The position numbers were made by a program, and so were the translations under genes. From Eledone cirrhosa (lineage: Eukaryota), in the NCBI GenBank assembly GCA_964016885.1, contig OZ024743.1, positions 342,302,001 to 342,366,000 of the forward strand: a DNA stretch of 64,000 nt, in the 5' to 3' direction. Of the stretch, positions 59,488 through 64,000 are shown piece by piece. Each line of letters starts with the position of its first letter. The stretch's first letter is position 1. Under the pieces are notes generated by a model. It saw only the letters and a list, made by a program, of their open reading frames with translations. It searched no databases and was not told the origin of the DNA.

Positions 59488-59699
59488 ATTTTTCTATTTA
59501 TTCGGCGTGAATATTATCATAATATATACAATATTTATACTTTTGTTGTCTCCTAGGTGTCTTTCTTGATGTTTTGCTTAACTCGTTAAAACTAACACGC
59601 ATTCCAATTGTCTGTCACTTCTCCCACCATATTTGCCTCGTTCCATTTGAATTGTTTTATATTATCTATATATATATTATGTATATATATATATATAAT

Positions 59700-59882
59700 G
59701 GCGGTGAATTGGCAGTATCGGTAGAGGGTTGGACGCCATGCTTTCTAGCATAGTTACGTCCCTTTACAATCTGAGTTCAAATTCTGCCGAGGTTAACTTT
59801 GCCTTTCATCCTTACGGGGTCGATAACATAAAGTACCAGTAATGTACTGGGTAATTGCTGGCCTTGTGCCTAAAGTAGAAAC

Positions 59883-59887
<5 letters not shown>
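59700..59887 (+). mobile_element. full-length SINE
   Basis: GGCGGTGAATTGGCAGTATCGG...GAGTTCAAATTC...AGTAGAAACAATTA. Confidence 0.9.
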
Positions 59888-59946
<59 letters not shown>

Positions 59947-60052
59947 ATAATATAAATATATATATATATATATTATACACACACACACGCACATATATAT
60001 AAATATAAAAGAGAAAACACAGATAAGCATTAAGAGAAGGATTTTATCCAGG

Positions 60053-60154
60053 TATTTACGACCGTTTCATTGGTAAGTGCAAACTTATATTGCTATACTG
60101 CAAATAGCAGCCACTCAGTTATAATTGTTGTTCACATTCCAAGTTTTCAAAATA
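60053..60154 (-). ncRNA. long-stem-II hammerhead with U3:A8 core
   Basis: Minus strand: tatt TTGAAAA cttgg...ccaat GAAA cggtcg TA aata. The 3' half is repeated at 63267-63289 with a GUC triplet. Confidence 0.65.
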
Positions 60155-60689
60155 GTGTGTAAGTTACTCTTGAAATAATTCTTAATATATAGAGAAAATT
60201 TTTTATTTGGAATTGTATTTACTAGTATAGAGAGAGAGGAATTAGGAGGTGAGGGGACAAACGGTATAGTATAGAGGGAGAGGAGGGGGAAGAGGGAGGG
60301 GTAGAGGTGGAAGTATTCCTTGGTCAGTTTTGATAGCAGACTTCATGTCGTGGAATGTAGTGAGTTAAAGAGAATTAAATTAATCATAGTGGGAGGGATG
60401 GATAGAGAGGGAGAGAGAGAGGGGAGAGATATAAAGAAATAAAGAAATATATATATATATATAAAATGAAGATAAAGATAATAATGACAAAAATAAAAGC
60501 AAAGAAGGGGGTGAGAAAGAAGAAAAGAAAAGATAGCCAAGACGGGGAGGGAAGGAAGGAGGAATGAGGGAGAAGAGGGGGATATATGTATTGGTTTTGT
60601 GGGTAATTAAAAGGGTTTAGATACAACAAGAGGGTATAAAGTCTAAGTATATGCAGTTTGTCAGTTGGTAGTAAGAGGTTAAGGGTTCG

Positions 60690-63035
60690 ATTTGTAGTGC
60701 GAAAACTTCTCTTTGAGTCTATGGTTACAATAAATTGACTTTTGATTTTATTGTTGAGTAACTTATTCTTCGAACTCAAGATGTGGATCAGCTCAAGGTC
60801 GCATAATCGACAGCTTCTCATACCACTTCGATATGGGGGGCGCGTTCGATAATTGTTTCCACTTCAGGGTGTATTGATGCTTATTTTCACTCAGTTGCCA
60901 GGTCTTGTTTGTAAGGGTAGTTACATAACGATGCTGAGAATGTTTCATTGCGTAACGGTGTGTATACCAACGGGCTTTACATGTATTCCCAGTCGCTCCG
61001 ATGTAATACCATTTCTGGTTGTCTGATTCCACTGTGCATTGGTAAACCAGGTTAGACTGCATACATTCATTATATAATGGACAGGTTTCAGGTAGGTGGC
61101 AGTTACAATTCTTGTCATGGGCAACTTTAGCATTATTGGTGGGCTGCGATGCCTGTACAAGTGTGTTACGTTTTGTTTGCCTATTAGCGGGTGGTTGTGT
61201 ATTAGATATTCTGTTGTGTTCGGTGGTGATTGTATTGTTATTGTTGTAAATTTGTATTTTGCTGTTGTTATGTATCTTTTTAGTGTTAAGCATCTTAATG
61301 TGTGCCTCTATATTTGGTGCCGTGGAGTAAGATAGTCTAATAGATTTAGTGTTAAGGATTTTGCTGTATCTATGTGAATCTGGAAAGTGCTTATTTATTA
61401 TTCTAAAGAAGGTAGAGGGTAGGTAGTACTAATAGAGCTGTTACATATGGGGTTATACCAAATATATTTTCTACTGCGTGACTTGTTTGATTTCGATGTT
61501 GTATTTCTATTTGCCGTATACTTTGCAGTTCTATGCGTAAGTGCGTGTGTGCGTGAGTTACCGGAGTTTGTGTTATGCGTGTTCGTGTGCGCTTCACGGG
61601 GGCTTTCATCTATATATTCTACTCTATCTAAGTGGCCTGCCTTGTCTAATGCGGTATTGTAGTATTCTGCATATTCTTCGAAGATTTGTCGGTTAGACGG
61701 GAGGCGTGAGATCCTAAGGGATATGTTGCGTGGAATGGATTTAATTATGGATAGTGGGTGGTTTGATTTACAGTTGATGTATGCTAAGTTTTCATTAATC
61801 TTGTGAAAAGGTCTTATAAGTCCTGTATTTAGGTTAAGCGTCGCGTCTAGAAAGTTAACTGTTTTAATCCTATACTCATACGTTATGCTAAGGCCTAGTT
61901 TTCCGAGAGTCATTCTAATATTCTTACGGAGTCTTTCTATGCTCTGGTTATTTAGGTTCTTAACTAGGAGAAGGGCGTCGTCTCTGTAGATTCCACCGTG
62001 AAGGTCGCTAAACACACTTTGTAAACTATGGGCTATGTAAATACCTACTAAATCTGTGACTTGAGCCAAGTCGTTAGCCCCCATCGTGATGTCAAAGTTA
62101 TTTAATCTATCCTTACGTTCCCAATAGGCGTTTTCAAATTTAATTATTGTTTTCCTAGCAGCTAATATGATTTTTATCTCGTCGTCTGTTATGTCAGAAT
62201 TGGCTTTGGCGAATGCTAAGGCTTTATCTAAGGTGTTGGGGGATATAGATGAGTAATAATCGTTAATGTCAAATTGTATAAATTTAGATACTTCTTTGTT
62301 AGCTATATTGTTAAACCACTTAATTGTTTCGGTAGCGTTACCCCATAGTTGAATCACTAGTTTATTCTTCATTTGTGTTATCACTCTGTCTAATATATGT
62401 TTACTAATTTTCCCGATGTCCTATTTGGACGGGTATATAAGTCTAATTGTGGGGTTATAATCAAAATTTACCTTGTGGTCCTTGAGGTTAAATGTGGGGG
62501 TACATGGCCTAAGTGGCTCCGTTCTGTCGTCTATTCCTAGGTGTTTGACTATATTGTGTGCCTCGTTGTTGATGTTTATCAGTGGCGCCTCATTAGTTTT
62601 TTTGTATTTCCTATGTAATTCCTTCCGTATGAAGCTATTGTATGTATTAACATCCATCGTATACACATTTGATGTTTTGTCCGCTTTGACAATAATTCCA
62701 TTGGTGGTTCGCAGCTTTTTTAGGAATGTATTTATGTCATTCTGGAGTTTATTATTCCACCACTTTTTGAATTTAATATTCATAATCATCTTCAGTAAGT
62801 CCTGTTCAAAGGCATCCAGTTGAGGGTTGGTAGGTGGGTTCTTAGACGATTTGAAGCCGTATGTTTCCTTGTTGTATTCCACGGTGCGACCATTACGTCC
62901 TTTGTCGAAATGGAAAGTTTTCCATCTAACTCTGCGTATAAAGTCGTTTGTTCGCTGTATCATCCCGAGGGTATAATCCTTTCTCCGAGGTATAGGAATG
63001 TTCTTTAGGGACATACCTATGTAATGCTTTTCCAT
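60690..63035 (-). pseudogene. Naiad-like RT-GIY-YIG with about 3 frameshifts; YRDD retained
   Basis: SLKNIPIP, ADKT, LKDHK, QFDINDYYSSI, FDITMG, GIYRDD, VNFLD, SNHP, CNCH...CPL...LVY...YIGAT, CRLC. The C-terminal end is approximate. Confidence 0.9.
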
Positions 63036-63285
63036 AGTAGTACCGTATGTTTAGGTGGTTGCTCGACCGATAAGGAGCCTGTAGTTAGAGGAGCAAAAAA
63101 TTGCTTATTGTGATCCAGTTCTTGGTTAAGAAAGCCAGTTTCATGGATGGTTTCAACCTACGGTTAGGGGTAACTCCAGAAGTTTGTAAGAATTCCGTTC
63201 AATCTTGGAGTATGAAGTATAAAAGAGAAAACACAGGTAAGCATTAAGAGAAGGATTGTATCCAGGTATTGACGACCGTTTCATT

Positions 63286-63349
<64 letters not shown>

Positions 63350-63635
63350 CAAGGTTTAGCAAATAGAGAAAAAGTTTTTAAATAAATTTTAAAAAGTTTA
63401 CTGTACTTACTATATTTACCCTTACCGCGCGGTTTCAAGTCTCAAAATAAATGGATAATCCATGCAGAACACTATTGAGAAGGAGACTTTCGTCAGAGGG
63501 TTCTTCTCTCTCGGAGAATAGAAAATTTCCGAGTTCAAATCACGAACTGGCGCCGTACAATGTCCTGCCACTATAAATAGCAGCAGTTAAAACGACCAAA
63601 ATGTTATCTCGATATTAGGGGAGATTAATAATAAT

Positions 63636-63819
63636 TGTTTCTACTTTTGGCACAAGGCCAGCAAATTACCAAGTGTATTACTGGTACTTTATTTTATCGA
63701 CCCTGTAAGGATGAAAGGCAAAGTTAACCTCGGCGAGATTTGAACTCAGATCATAAAGGGACGTAACTCTATGCTTCAAAGCATGGTGTCCGACTCTCTA
63801 CCGATACTGCCAATCCACC
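63636..63819 (-). mobile_element. full-length SINE
   Basis: Matches 841-1020. Confidence 0.9.
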
Positions 63820-63853
63820 AATAAAGTATGTTTTCCTACGTGCAAAAAATGCA

Positions 63854-63893
63854 TAGAGAGAGAGAGAGAGAGTGGGAGAGATAGGGAGAGAGA

Positions 63894-63955
<62 letters not shown>

Positions 63956-63958
63956 TAG

Positions 63959-64000
<42 letters not shown>
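63854..64000. repeat. (GA)n/(TA)n microsatellite
   Basis: Direct reading. Confidence 0.95.

Larger units (their letters stand above)
60004..63289 (-). mobile_element. full-length Naiad-like PLE (second family), direct pLTR overlap 60004-60075 / 63218-63289
   Basis: Colinear ORFs 62421-63035, 61398-62384 and 60793-61293, a terminal direct repeat, and (TA)n flanks. Confidence 0.9.

Overview
AT-rich, microsatellite-dense animal genomic DNA; the SINE and repeat content suggest a mollusc or cephalopod (inference). I found no supportable host gene. The window is almost entirely nested mobile DNA, mostly inserted in (TA)n tracts. It holds at least 10 families or fragments of Penelope-like retroelements (PLEs; RT plus GIY-YIG, Naiad-like and Neptune-like), an intact Tx1/L1-group LINE ORF2 in (GATA)n, a CR1-group LINE 3' end, a decayed Tigger/pogo transposon and about 10 tRNA-derived SINEs. 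The ORF track misses the main hidden layer: about 20 type I hammerhead ribozyme (HHR) motifs, read by eye, in the PLE pseudo-LTRs. Three families use a non-canonical UUGAAAA (U3:A8) core, and three Naiad-like families have stem II expanded to about 75-115 nt. Most PLE copies are fold-back cassettes with an inverted pLTR. The largest is a 12.3-kb head-to-head Naiad dimer whose two arms both lack the catalytic YxDD motif. A ~350-bp ORF-less HHR element looks like a retrozyme. All RNA structures and clade calls are manual readings and have not been computed.
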